Virus record (IMG/VR): IMGVR_UViG_3300044701_001985
DNA: 64,000 bases
Origin: an uncultured virus (IMG/VR IMGVR_UViG_3300044701_001985)
Taxonomy: Duplodnaviria; Heunggongvirae; Uroviricota; Caudoviricetes
Direction: 5' to 3' (one strand)
How positions within the stretch are numbered: the first letter of the stretch is position 1; each line of letters begins with the position of its first letter. Shown here in pieces: positions 56,067 through 64,000 of this stretch. Position numbers and translations under genes: made by a program. Below the pieces are notes generated by a model. It saw nothing but the letters and a program-made list of their open reading frames with translations, was not told the DNA's origin and searched no databases.

Positions 56067-56197
56067 TGAGTCACTTACTTGGAAGATTTCTTGTAATTCT
56101 AGCAATACCTTTTGTACTTTCTACTTTATATTTTGGGTCAAAGAAAGGAGGATACTATGATTCAAAAGATTACAAAGGAAATGGAACCGCACATTAG
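56066..56197 (+). CDS. ndhP: NDH-1 (photosynthetic complex I) subunit NdhP
   Basis: MSHLLGRFLVILAIPFVLSTLYFGSKKGGYYDSKDYKGNGTAH: one TM then the FG..GxYDxxxYxGNGxAH NdhP tail; GGAGG RBS. Confidence 0.88.
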   Translation: MSHLLGRFLVILAIPFVLSTLYFGSKKGGYYDSKDYKGNGTAH

Positions 56198-56381
56198 ACA
56201 AAAATATAATTTTGCAATGTCTTCTTTTGTGAGAATGTGTGGGCATTCTGTTATACATAACCACGATATTAAACAGTTTTGTAATGAGTGGTCTTTGTTG
56301 GAAGTAAATGCTCCATTATCGGGACTTGACGAAGTGGATCAATACATGTATTATGAATATAAAAACTGGAGAGGTAGGTAA
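56181..56381 (+). CDS. Hypothetical protein
   Basis: FAMSSFVRM...VDQYMYYEYKNWRG; start uncertain (56157 or 56181). Confidence 0.6.
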   Translation: MEPHIRQKYNFAMSSFVRMCGHSVIHNHDIKQFCNEWSLLEVNAPLSGLDEVDQYMYYEYKNWRGR

Positions 56382-56410
56382 TTTATTTGTAATAAATATA
56401 CATGAATCAA

Positions 56411-56484
56411 CGGGATGTAGCTCAGCTTGGTAGAGCACTCGCTTTGGGAGCGAGTGGCCGTAGGTTCGAATCCTATCATCCCGA
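56411..56484 (+). tRNA. tRNA-Pro(UGG)
   Basis: CGGGATG/CATCCCG acceptor, TTTGGGA loop. Confidence 0.95.
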
Positions 56485-56507
56485 CCTTTATTATCCTTCA
56501 TAAAAAA

Positions 56508-57158
56508 ATGCAGAACGATCAATCAATACAAAACGAACTGGAATCTTTAGAGCAAGAAGAGTATATCGAAAATGATATAATCAAAGGAGATCATATAGTT
56601 TCTAAATCACAAGTTATTATTGAGAATGTAATTCCAGATTATCTTTTGGAATTGATTAGGAAAAGAATATCAGATATACCAGAAGATCAATGGGAACGGG
56701 GGCAAGTTGGTGATGCTAAGGGTGGAAAAGTTTATGAAGAAGTTAGAAGATGTGATGTTGCATGGTTGAATGAGTTAGACTGGCTTTGTGGAATTTTTAC
56801 CCATTATTTTAATATTGCAAATTCTTCTTGCTGGCAATATGATGTTACTAAATTTGATTCGATACAGGTAACAAGATATAGAAAAGGAAATTATTATGAC
56901 TGGCATGCCGACTATGGATCATCTTTTGATTCTAGTTTGACTAGAAAAATAAGTGCTAGTATGATAATAAGTGATCCATCAGATTATACTGGAGGTAAAT
57001 TGCAAGTGATGGATTATCATGGTAAGATTTCATCTTGTGAAAAGAAAAGGGGTAATATCATTTTCTTTGATTCAAGAACACCACATAGAGTTACTCCAGT
57101 TCTTGATGGTGAAAGAATTTCTTTAGTAGCCTGGATGCTTGGACCAAAACTGAGGTGA
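56508..57158 (+). CDS. PKHD-type 2OG-Fe(II) oxygenase
   Basis: YDWHAD, RKISAS, YTGGKL, HRVTPV..GERISLVAW. Confidence 0.85.
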   Translation: MQNDQSIQNELESLEQEEYIENDIIKGDHIVSKSQVIIENVIPDYLLELIRKRISDIPEDQWERGQVGDAKGGKVYEEVRRCDVAWLNELDWLCGIFTHYFNIANSSCWQYDVTKFDSIQVTRYRKGNYYDWHADYGSSFDSSLTRKISASMIISDPSDYTGGKLQVMDYHGKISSCEKKRGNIIFFDSRTPHRVTPVLDGERISLVAWMLGPKLR

Positions 57159-57161
57159 AAC

Positions 57162-57374
57162 ATGGAAGAGTTTACTGTAGAAGAATTTCAGTCCGATTTT
57201 GATAATCTGATATCTAGAGTTGAAAATGGAGAATCATTTATTATTAAGGATGGAAATAATACTGCTGTTATAGTTCCCTACAAGGAAACTATAAAGTGTG
57301 CATTGGAGTCTTTGGTTTCTGATACTGATGATGAATTGATACGGATTCACACTGATCATTGTGACGCTTGTTAA
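57162..57374 (+). CDS. Phd/YefM-like antitoxin-fold protein
   Basis: FTVEEFQSDFDNLISRVENGESFII...AVIVPY. Confidence 0.6.
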   Translation: MEEFTVEEFQSDFDNLISRVENGESFIIKDGNNTAVIVPYKETIKCALESLVSDTDDELIRIHTDHCDAC

Positions 57375-57389
57375 ACCGTCACACTTCAC

Positions 57390-57418
57390 TTGACTCTGGG
57401 AAAAATTTTTCCTATAAT
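57390..57418 (+). promoter_or_regulatory. Sigma70 early promoter
   Basis: TTGACT-N17-TATAAT, preceded by a TGTGACG/CGTCACA palindrome. Confidence 0.8.
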
Positions 57419-57440
57419 ATTAAGGTCAACATTCAAAACA

Positions 57441-57656
57441 ATGACTCTCACTTCTAAATTCAAGAAAGACGTTCAAACACTTCGCGGTGCAGCAAATGGT
57501 GATTTTTACCTTGATGTAAAGAATCCTAAACTTTTCAAAAAAGTTCGCCGCTACTATGAAAACGAAGGTGTAGTATTTTCTGGTGATCCTCTTGATGACT
57601 ATGAAATGCTAATGGAATATGTTCTTGCTGATCTTGAATCTGTCGAGGTTGCTTGA
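57441..57656 (+). CDS. Hypothetical protein
   Basis: LDVKNPKLFKKVRRYY...FSGDPLDDY. Confidence 0.75.
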   Translation: MTLTSKFKKDVQTLRGAANGDFYLDVKNPKLFKKVRRYYENEGVVFSGDPLDDYEMLMEYVLADLESVEVA

Positions 57657-57901
57657 TGAAAGTAGTCAAAAAACCAACAGTTCTTATGGAACGCTTTCCG
57701 TATCGTTATGTACAATGTGGTACTTTAGAAATAAATGGAAAACCAGATTATAGAATTCAAAAAGTAGATTCTTATACTGGAAGATATCGTGATATGTATC
57801 TCTTAGATAATGAGATGCAACTATTAACTGCTATGGAAGATCATGACTATACTTGCTGGTTAGATCCAGATGGTGTACCAGCTTACGTTAAAGATGACTG
57901 A
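57656..57901 (+). CDS. Hypothetical protein
   Basis: ERFPYRYVQCG...YRDMYLLDNEMQL. Confidence 0.75.
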   Translation: MKVVKKPTVLMERFPYRYVQCGTLEINGKPDYRIQKVDSYTGRYRDMYLLDNEMQLLTAMEDHDYTCWLDPDGVPAYVKDD

Positions 57902-57987
57902 GACACGGATGGTCTATAACAGAACTGGTCGGAGCATCATTGGTTTCCTAGTTTCCCTAAAACTAGGTGGTGGAGTCAAATGACCCT
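57901..57987 (+). ncRNA. Candidate structured RNA, possibly wcaG-motif-like
   Basis: AGAC-ACGGATG-GTCT and CCTAGTTT-CCCTA-AAACTAGG hairpins upstream of the epimerase cluster. Confidence 0.5.
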
Positions 57988-58031
57988 TATAAATTGAATA
58001 CTCTAAATAAAATTAGTCAAATTAGAAAAAA

Positions 58032-58292
58032 ATGGCTAAGACAACACAACCAAAGCAACATACTTATGGCGCAGCGGCACCTACTCCTACTTCCAACAAC
58101 TTAGATATATCTAAGTTAGAAGAAAAGATTGCTATTCTTGAGGATAAGTTAAATCAAAAAGAAGCAAATAGAGTTTCTTTGAATATTTCTAGTTTACCTT
58201 CTCTCCTTCCTAGGAGAGAAACTGAGGTTATCCAAAGAGTAGATGCTATTGAAAATAGGTTAGAAGAGTTAATAAAACTTCTAGCAGAATAA
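58032..58292 (+). CDS. Small coiled-coil hypothetical
   Basis: TAAATA upstream; heptad pattern. Confidence 0.65.
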   Translation: MAKTTQPKQHTYGAAAPTPTSNNLDISKLEEKIAILEDKLNQKEANRVSLNISSLPSLLPRRETEVIQRVDAIENRLEELIKLLAE

Positions 58293-58337
58293 TTTTTTAA
58301 TGGAGAGAGAAATCTCTCCAATTTTAATATACAAAAA

Positions 58338-58859
58338 ATGATAGAATCATATATAGATTTCAAAATCATAGATAACTTTTTTCCTGAAGATAAGCATCAG
58401 TTTGCTCTTTCTAAATGTAGAGAACTTCCATATTTTTGGGGAGAAACTGAGGGTGCATCGTATCCTCCTACTGGAATGGTAGCGGATGTTGAAGAAGAAT
58501 CTTCTCTTTATGATTTGTTTGTAACAACAATAAGAGATAAGGTTGAACAATATAGGGAAAGAATTCCTGCAAAATTTTATGTGAATTTATTCTCTCCAAA
58601 AGAATTATCATATTATCATGTAGATGCTCAAAAAAATTTTACTGGAACGACTTTAATATATTATCCTCAACTGGTATATGATAAAAATGATGGGGGAGAA
58701 ACACTATTTTTTGATGAAGAAAAGAATATAGTGTTTGGAGTTCCACCGATACCAAATAGACTTGTGATATTTGATAGTAAAATCCTTCATAAAGCTACAT
58801 CATTTCATAGTAGGCATAGATTCACTGTCGTAATAAAATATTGCGACCAGATAAGTTGA
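58338..58859 (+). CDS. 2OG-Fe(II) oxygenase
   Basis: HVD...TLIYYP...GGETLF...NRLVIFD...H...RFT. Confidence 0.82.
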   Translation: MIESYIDFKIIDNFFPEDKHQFALSKCRELPYFWGETEGASYPPTGMVADVEEESSLYDLFVTTIRDKVEQYRERIPAKFYVNLFSPKELSYYHVDAQKNFTGTTLIYYPQLVYDKNDGGETLFFDEEKNIVFGVPPIPNRLVIFDSKILHKATSFHSRHRFTVVIKYCDQIS

Positions 58860-58908
58860 TATATTGTTTCATTTCTAATATAATATACAAAGAGATTAAA
58901 TTAATTTT

Positions 58909-59997
58909 ATGAGCGAATGTACTAAAACAGCACTTGTTCTTGGTGCTGGTGGCTTTATTGGAAGTCATATGGTAAAAAGGTTGAAGTCTGAGGGATATTG
59001 GGTCCGTGGTGTTGACCTTAAATATCCTGAATTTTCTGTATCTGAAGCAGATGAATTTATTCAGGGAGACTTGCGCGACATGAGTTTTGTTCGCCGTGTT
59101 CTTGAATTCAAAGGAGAGCAGGGTAATTTTTACGCTAATGTTCCTTACCGTTATATTGTTCCTTTCCATGAAATTTATCAGTTTGCTGCTGATATGGGTG
59201 GGGCAGGATTCGTCTTTACTGGCGAAAATGATGCCGATATCATGCATAACTCGTCACAAATTAACCTTAATGTTCTTGAAGCACAACGCCAGTTGAATGA
59301 GACATTTGATGGAGTTGATAAAGAATGGACTGTATGCAATCGTCCTGTTTTAGATTATAAGACTAAGATTTTCTATTCTGGTTCTGCTTGCATGTATCCA
59401 GAGCACAATCAATTAGACCCAGATAATCCAGATTGCCGTGAAGAATCAGCATACCCAGCAGCACCCGATTCTGAATATGGTTGGGAGAAACTGTTCTCAG
59501 AGCGGTTGTTTTTCGCTTATTCTCGTAATTATGGGATCCCTGTTCGGGTTGCTCGGTATCATAATATCTTTGGACCAGAGGGAACTTGGGAAGGTGGAAG
59601 AGAAAAAGCACCAGCAGCAATCTGCCGTAAAGTTGCCTATCTTCCAGAGGAAGGCGGAACCATCGATGTGTGGGGAGATGGCCTACAAACTCGTTCCTTC
59701 CTGTATATTGATGAATGCATCGAAGCAACCCGCCGAATGATGGAGTCTGATTTCCAAGGACCAGTTAATATTGGTTCAGAAGAAATGGTAACTATTAATC
59801 AACTTGTTGATACTGCCGCTAAAGTTTCTGGTAAGAATGTAGAGAAGAATCACATTGATGGTCCTCTTGGCGTTCGTGGTCGTAATTCCAACAATGATCT
59901 TATTCGAGAAAAACTTGGATGGGATTATACCCAAAGTCTTGAAGAAGGAATTTGTAAGACTTATAATTGGATCTCTGAGCAAATTAAAAACAAATGA
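58909..59997 (+). CDS. NAD-dependent nucleotide-sugar epimerase (GDP-mannose 3,5-epimerase-like)
   Basis: GAGGFIG, AADMGGAGF, SACMYP, YGWEK, GREKAPAAICRK. Confidence 0.9.
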   Translation: MSECTKTALVLGAGGFIGSHMVKRLKSEGYWVRGVDLKYPEFSVSEADEFIQGDLRDMSFVRRVLEFKGEQGNFYANVPYRYIVPFHEIYQFAADMGGAGFVFTGENDADIMHNSSQINLNVLEAQRQLNETFDGVDKEWTVCNRPVLDYKTKIFYSGSACMYPEHNQLDPDNPDCREESAYPAAPDSEYGWEKLFSERLFFAYSRNYGIPVRVARYHNIFGPEGTWEGGREKAPAAICRKVAYLPEEGGTIDVWGDGLQTRSFLYIDECIEATRRMMESDFQGPVNIGSEEMVTINQLVDTAAKVSGKNVEKNHIDGPLGVRGRNSNNDLIREKLGWDYTQSLEEGICKTYNWISEQIKNK

Positions 59998-60764
59998 GCA
60001 AATCAATTACTGTAGTTTTGAACGCTTATAAGCGTTCAAATTTGAAGGAGCAAGTTGATGCAGTTAGAAATCAATCTGTTCCGGTAAAAGAAATTTTTTA
60101 CTGGCAGAATACTGCTCCTGGATTTGATTATGATGAAGACACTTATATGGAGCTTAATGCTGCACTAAGTAATTATAATTATGGTGTTTGGGCACGGTTT
60201 GCGTATGCTTTAAATGCAAAGAGTGATTACATATGTGTACTTGATGATGATACGATTCCAGGTTCTAGATGGTTAGAGAATTGTCTTACTACTTATGAAA
60301 CACATCCTGGACTTTTGGGTGGTATTGGACTTAGGTTTAAGAATGGAAACTATGAACTAGATCAACTTCCTGATGGAAAGTATGCTAGATTTGGGTGGGA
60401 TAGTAATCCTATTTGCGCTGGTAATAATACGGAACCTCAAGAAGTTGATATTGTTGGGCACTCTTGGTTCTTTGCTAGAGATCTTCTTTCTGTCTTTTGG
60501 AGGGAGCTCCCTGCAGAACAATGGAGTATGCTTTGTGGGGAAGATATTCACTTCTCATATATGCTTCAGAAATATACTGATCTAAAAACATATGTTCCCC
60601 CCCATCCCCCAAATGATCAATCTATGTGGAGTAGTTTAAAAGCAGTTCAATATGGTGGTGATCAACATGCAACTGCAAATATAACAACCCGCACTGGAGA
60701 GATGGCTAAATATCTTGCTTACTGCGTTGAAAACGGATTTAAACTTTATAAGGATAGAAACTGA
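59994..60764 (+). CDS. GT-A (family 2-like) glycosyltransferase
   Basis: ITVVLNAYKR, CVLDDD (DxD), GEDI. Confidence 0.8.
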   Translation: MSKSITVVLNAYKRSNLKEQVDAVRNQSVPVKEIFYWQNTAPGFDYDEDTYMELNAALSNYNYGVWARFAYALNAKSDYICVLDDDTIPGSRWLENCLTTYETHPGLLGGIGLRFKNGNYELDQLPDGKYARFGWDSNPICAGNNTEPQEVDIVGHSWFFARDLLSVFWRELPAEQWSMLCGEDIHFSYMLQKYTDLKTYVPPHPPNDQSMWSSLKAVQYGGDQHATANITTRTGEMAKYLAYCVENGFKLYKDRN

Positions 60765-61474
60765 TGGATTTGATGGATGCTAAACCCTTTGAACCTTACA
60801 TTGAAGTTCTGGGCAAAAAAACAAATAAGTATGCAAAATTAATTTCTGCTGCTCTAGATAAAGCAGTTAAAGATGAATCTAAACTACCAGATTGGATTCT
60901 CACTCTCAATGGAATGTCTGGAAAGAGATATCGTAGATTTATTAATAATTTAGTAGAATCAGTTGATGATGCTAGGTATCTTGAGGTTGGATCTTGGAAA
61001 GGATCTACGGCAACTTCTGCAGTCTATGGAAATAAAGTAAAGTCAGTTTGTATTGATAACTGGTCTCAGTTTGGAGATGTTCGTAATGCTTTCTATGAAA
61101 ACATTCAGCGTTGTACAAATGACGAAACTATTGTAGAACTATACGAAAGTGATTTTCGCCAAGTTGATTACACTTCACTAGGAAAACATAACATTTATTT
61201 CTTTGATGGTCCTCATGAAGAAGAAGATCAGTATGATGGTTTAGCACTAGCTCTTCCTGCACTCGATGATACCTTTATTCTCTTAGTCGATGATTGGAAT
61301 GATCCACGTCCTAGGGATGGTACAGAGAGGGCAATTAAAGAACTGGGAATTGAGGTAATTTACTCTATGCAAATTAGAACAAGTAATGGTGTAGATGTTG
61401 TTTATCCAACCCCTCACGTTTTAGAGAATAGTGATTGGCATAATGGTTACTATGTTGCTGTCTGTAAAAAATAA
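60764..61474 (+). CDS. Class I SAM-dependent methyltransferase
   Basis: YLEVGSWKGST, FFDGPH, LLVDDW. Confidence 0.85.
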   Translation: MDLMDAKPFEPYIEVLGKKTNKYAKLISAALDKAVKDESKLPDWILTLNGMSGKRYRRFINNLVESVDDARYLEVGSWKGSTATSAVYGNKVKSVCIDNWSQFGDVRNAFYENIQRCTNDETIVELYESDFRQVDYTSLGKHNIYFFDGPHEEEDQYDGLALALPALDDTFILLVDDWNDPRPRDGTERAIKELGIEVIYSMQIRTSNGVDVVYPTPHVLENSDWHNGYYVAVCKK

Positions 61475-62292
61475 TGGCTGAACTACACAATCTAAGATCT
61501 GACTGGTTTGAGAATGCTGGATATAGTCAGAAAATTATAAATGATTTTTCATATGTACTTGTAATTCAAGGTCCAACTACATATTGCAGAGAACTTGTAG
61601 AGTTTTATAAAGGTTTTATTTGTGTATGGTCAACATGGTCAAATGAACCAATTGAAAATTTGAATTATCTTAGAGATCAAGAAAATGTTCATTTAGTTGT
61701 TACTGACTTACCAGACTTTTCTAGTAAAGATCTTTCTCACTTATCTAATCATGCTGCTTGGACATTAGAAAGAGCAACATATCAATTTACATCTACTTTG
61801 CGTGGATTTGAGTATGCTCATAAACAATTTGATAGTGTATACGCTATCAAGATTAGATCAGACTTTCTTGTAGATGTTGGAACAGTCATTGAGAAGTCAA
61901 AACCAAATTCTTTCAATTGTTTAGGATGGCATACTGGTAGTGTTGGATATCTTGTAGATTATTGTTTTGCCGGACAGACTGGACTCATTACAGAATTAAT
62001 GAGGATATCTTTGGATTTAAATCATCCATCCCATTCCGAAAACGTACTAACATATTCTCTACTAGAAAAACTAAGAATTAGAGAGGTTGATTATTTTCTT
62101 GATAGATCTTTGTATACATATTCTTTGAAACACAAGTATGATACTGAGTTGTTTTTGGGTGAAATTGAAAAGGGTAAATGGATAAATGATAGAAGTAAAT
62201 TGCATGTATCAGATAATGTGATGCATACATTTACTAAAGATAATCTTCCTGATAATTATCCTTTAACTTATGGATGGGGACCTGGAGTATGA
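61474..62292 (+). CDS. WavE-like LPS synthesis protein
   Basis: LVIQGP, VWSTW, QFTSTLRG, AIKIRSD, LVDY. Confidence 0.65.
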   Translation: MAELHNLRSDWFENAGYSQKIINDFSYVLVIQGPTTYCRELVEFYKGFICVWSTWSNEPIENLNYLRDQENVHLVVTDLPDFSSKDLSHLSNHAAWTLERATYQFTSTLRGFEYAHKQFDSVYAIKIRSDFLVDVGTVIEKSKPNSFNCLGWHTGSVGYLVDYCFAGQTGLITELMRISLDLNHPSHSENVLTYSLLEKLRIREVDYFLDRSLYTYSLKHKYDTELFLGEIEKGKWINDRSKLHVSDNVMHTFTKDNLPDNYPLTYGWGPGV

Positions 62293-62993
62293 AAGACTAT
62301 AAAAAAGAAATAGAATTTTTCTACAACAAATTAGTAAATAAAGAAAATTTTGCTCTAGGAAAGTTTGCCGATGGGGAATGGGGAGCAATTAAAGGAACAC
62401 AATTTTTACCAGCAAATGGGGAATGGGCTGCTAATGGAGATCATCCCCTTTATGAAATTGCTAGGAAAGAACTAGAAGATGCTTTGAAGTATCAACACTC
62501 AGATTATTATGTTGCTATTTGTCCATGTTATCAAGATACCATTTCTTTTTCTGGACAACCAGAAAGTAATATTACATATGCAAATATCTTTGTAAATTCA
62601 AATTATGAATTCTATAAAGAAAAGTATATCGAAATTTATAATCAATATGATATTCATTTGGTAACTCATAAAGATACTAATTTGGAGAATCTTCCATTTA
62701 AGGTGGAAAAATTTTATCCAATAGAGTATAATGCTTGGGTATTAAATAGAGATCTTCCAGATCAAATTCTTGAGCAAAATCTAGAGGGTAAATTATTTTT
62801 GTTTGCTGCTGGATCTTTTGCAAATATTCTTGCCCATAAACTATGGGATAAAAATAAGAAGAATATTTATCTTGACGTTGGTTCTACTCTTAATCCATGG
62901 ACTCAGATTGAAAGATTGAAGAGAGATTACTATATGGGAAATAAGGAACTGGAATGTCTTGTTTGTCCATGTCCAAATTATAAATCAATTTAA
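62289..62993 (+). CDS. Putative GT-D-fold glycosyltransferase
   Basis: KFADGE N-terminal motif, LFAAG, YLDVGS. Confidence 0.55.
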   Translation: MKDYKKEIEFFYNKLVNKENFALGKFADGEWGAIKGTQFLPANGEWAANGDHPLYEIARKELEDALKYQHSDYYVAICPCYQDTISFSGQPESNITYANIFVNSNYEFYKEKYIEIYNQYDIHLVTHKDTNLENLPFKVEKFYPIEYNAWVLNRDLPDQILEQNLEGKLFLFAAGSFANILAHKLWDKNKKNIYLDVGSTLNPWTQIERLKRDYYMGNKELECLVCPCPNYKSI

Positions 62994-62999
62994 TTAGAT

Positions 63000-63803
63000 A
63001 TGTTATCATTTAATAGACTTGGAAATCTTGGTAGACTAGCAAACCAGATGTTTCAATATGCAGCTATCAAAGGGATTGCTTCAAATAGAAATTTAGAATT
63101 TTGCATCCCACCAAAAGAAATTTTTGGAATGCAAGATCCTATGGTAAAAAATTCGGATACAACTTTGTATGATTGCTTTAAGTTGTCTGAATTTAATATT
63201 GGTCTACCACCAAAAAATACTCCAGTAGTGGAATCTACTTTTTCATTTGATGAAAATCTTTTTAATAATTGCGAAGACAATATAGATTTGATTGGATATT
63301 TCCAAACAGAAAAATATTTTAAGCATATTCAAGATGAAATAAGAAAAGATTTTACCTTCAAAGATGAAATTTTTCATCCAACCTTTGATAAATTTAATGA
63401 TATATTCTTCGGAAATGAAGTATTATCTCTACACATTCGTAGAGGAGATTATGTAAATCATAGTGCTCATCCTGTTCAACCGATTTCTTATTATAAAAAG
63501 GCTCTAGATTATTTTGATGAATCTCTCCCTGTGATTATTTTCTCGGACGATCCTGATTGGTGCATGGAACAAGATTTATTCTCTTCGGATAGATTTTTGG
63601 TTTCGGAATCTCAGGATAGTAATGTTGATTTATGTTTAATGAGTCTCTGTAACTATCATATTATTGCGAATAGTTCTTATAGTTGGTGGGGATCTTGGCT
63701 TGCTAAGAGTAAGAAAACTATTGCTCCTAGTAACTGGTTCTCTGGTGAACTATCTCATAAAGATACCAAAGACATTTATTGCGAAGGTTGGGAGATTATT
63801 TGA
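63000..63803 (+). CDS. Alpha-1,2-fucosyltransferase (GT11)
   Basis: GRLANQMFQY, GYFQTEKYF, HIRRGDY, FSDD, IIANSSYSWWG. Confidence 0.92.
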   Translation: MLSFNRLGNLGRLANQMFQYAAIKGIASNRNLEFCIPPKEIFGMQDPMVKNSDTTLYDCFKLSEFNIGLPPKNTPVVESTFSFDENLFNNCEDNIDLIGYFQTEKYFKHIQDEIRKDFTFKDEIFHPTFDKFNDIFFGNEVLSLHIRRGDYVNHSAHPVQPISYYKKALDYFDESLPVIIFSDDPDWCMEQDLFSSDRFLVSESQDSNVDLCLMSLCNYHIIANSSYSWWGSWLAKSKKTIAPSNWFSGELSHKDTKDIYCEGWEII

Positions 63804-64000
63804 TGTCTGATCTTACTGTTATACTTCCTTGTGCAGGAGAGGGAACTCGCCTTTCTCTACCCTACCCAAAGGAAGTTTTTTCAATTGAAAAACATAAGTC
63901 TCTTATTGACTATAGTTTTGATTTATTTTCAAACTATGGACGTAGAGATGTTCAATTTGTTATTACATTGAATGAACATAAAACTGAAATTGTAAAATAC
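63803..64000 (+). CDS. Sugar-phosphate nucleotidyltransferase, 3'-truncated by the window
   Basis: VILPCAGEGTRL..PYPKE motif. Confidence 0.8.
   Translation, partial: MSDLTVILPCAGEGTRLSLPYPKEVFSIEKHKSLIDYSFDLFSNYGRRDVQFVITLNEHKTEIVKY

Noticed and set aside
56427..56507. N-terminal extension of the oxygenase in the ORF track
   Set aside because: Overlaps tRNA-Pro; the ATG at 56508 is the plausible start
1..64000. CRISPR array, DGR, integrase or transposase
   Set aside because: No regularly spaced repeats, reverse transcriptase or recombinase motifs seen by eye

Overview
A 64 kb segment of a T4-like myophage genome, essentially all genes on the + strand. The host is almost certainly a cyanobacterium, inferred from a phage ndhP, other small cyanobacterial-type membrane genes, and cyanomyophage gene order. 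Order: head/tail morphogenesis (gp17-18-19-20-21-22-23, gp3); recombination, late transcription and replication (uvsY, uvsW, gp55, gp47, gp46, VWA/CobT-like plus CobS-like AAA pair, gp45, denV-like, gp44, dam, gp62, regA, hsp20, gp43, uvsX, gp41, mazG); a late-promoter block of probable internal head proteins; gp61, nrdA, nrdB, denA-like; an accessory island with tRNAs, Dps, HNH, several 2OG-Fe(II) oxygenases and ndhP; and the start of a glycan-synthesis cluster. Seven canonical tRNAs are present in total. Main observations: (1) a ~365 nt, densely base-paired non-coding RNA (53864-54228) between tRNA-Gly and a tRNA-shaped element with a broken anticodon arm, plus further structured RNAs in the same tRNA operons; (2) a nucleotidyltransferase with a T4-type capsid-targeting N-terminus, next to K-rich modular proteins punctuated by prohead-protease-like sites and sharing a conserved 15-aa module; (3) a 43-aa ndhP missed by the ORF track; (4) a promoter-ORF-terminator cassette flanked by a duplicated terminator after gp23; (5) tRNA-Ile(UAU). 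All calls come from reading motifs and pairings by eye; no searches or folding programs were run.
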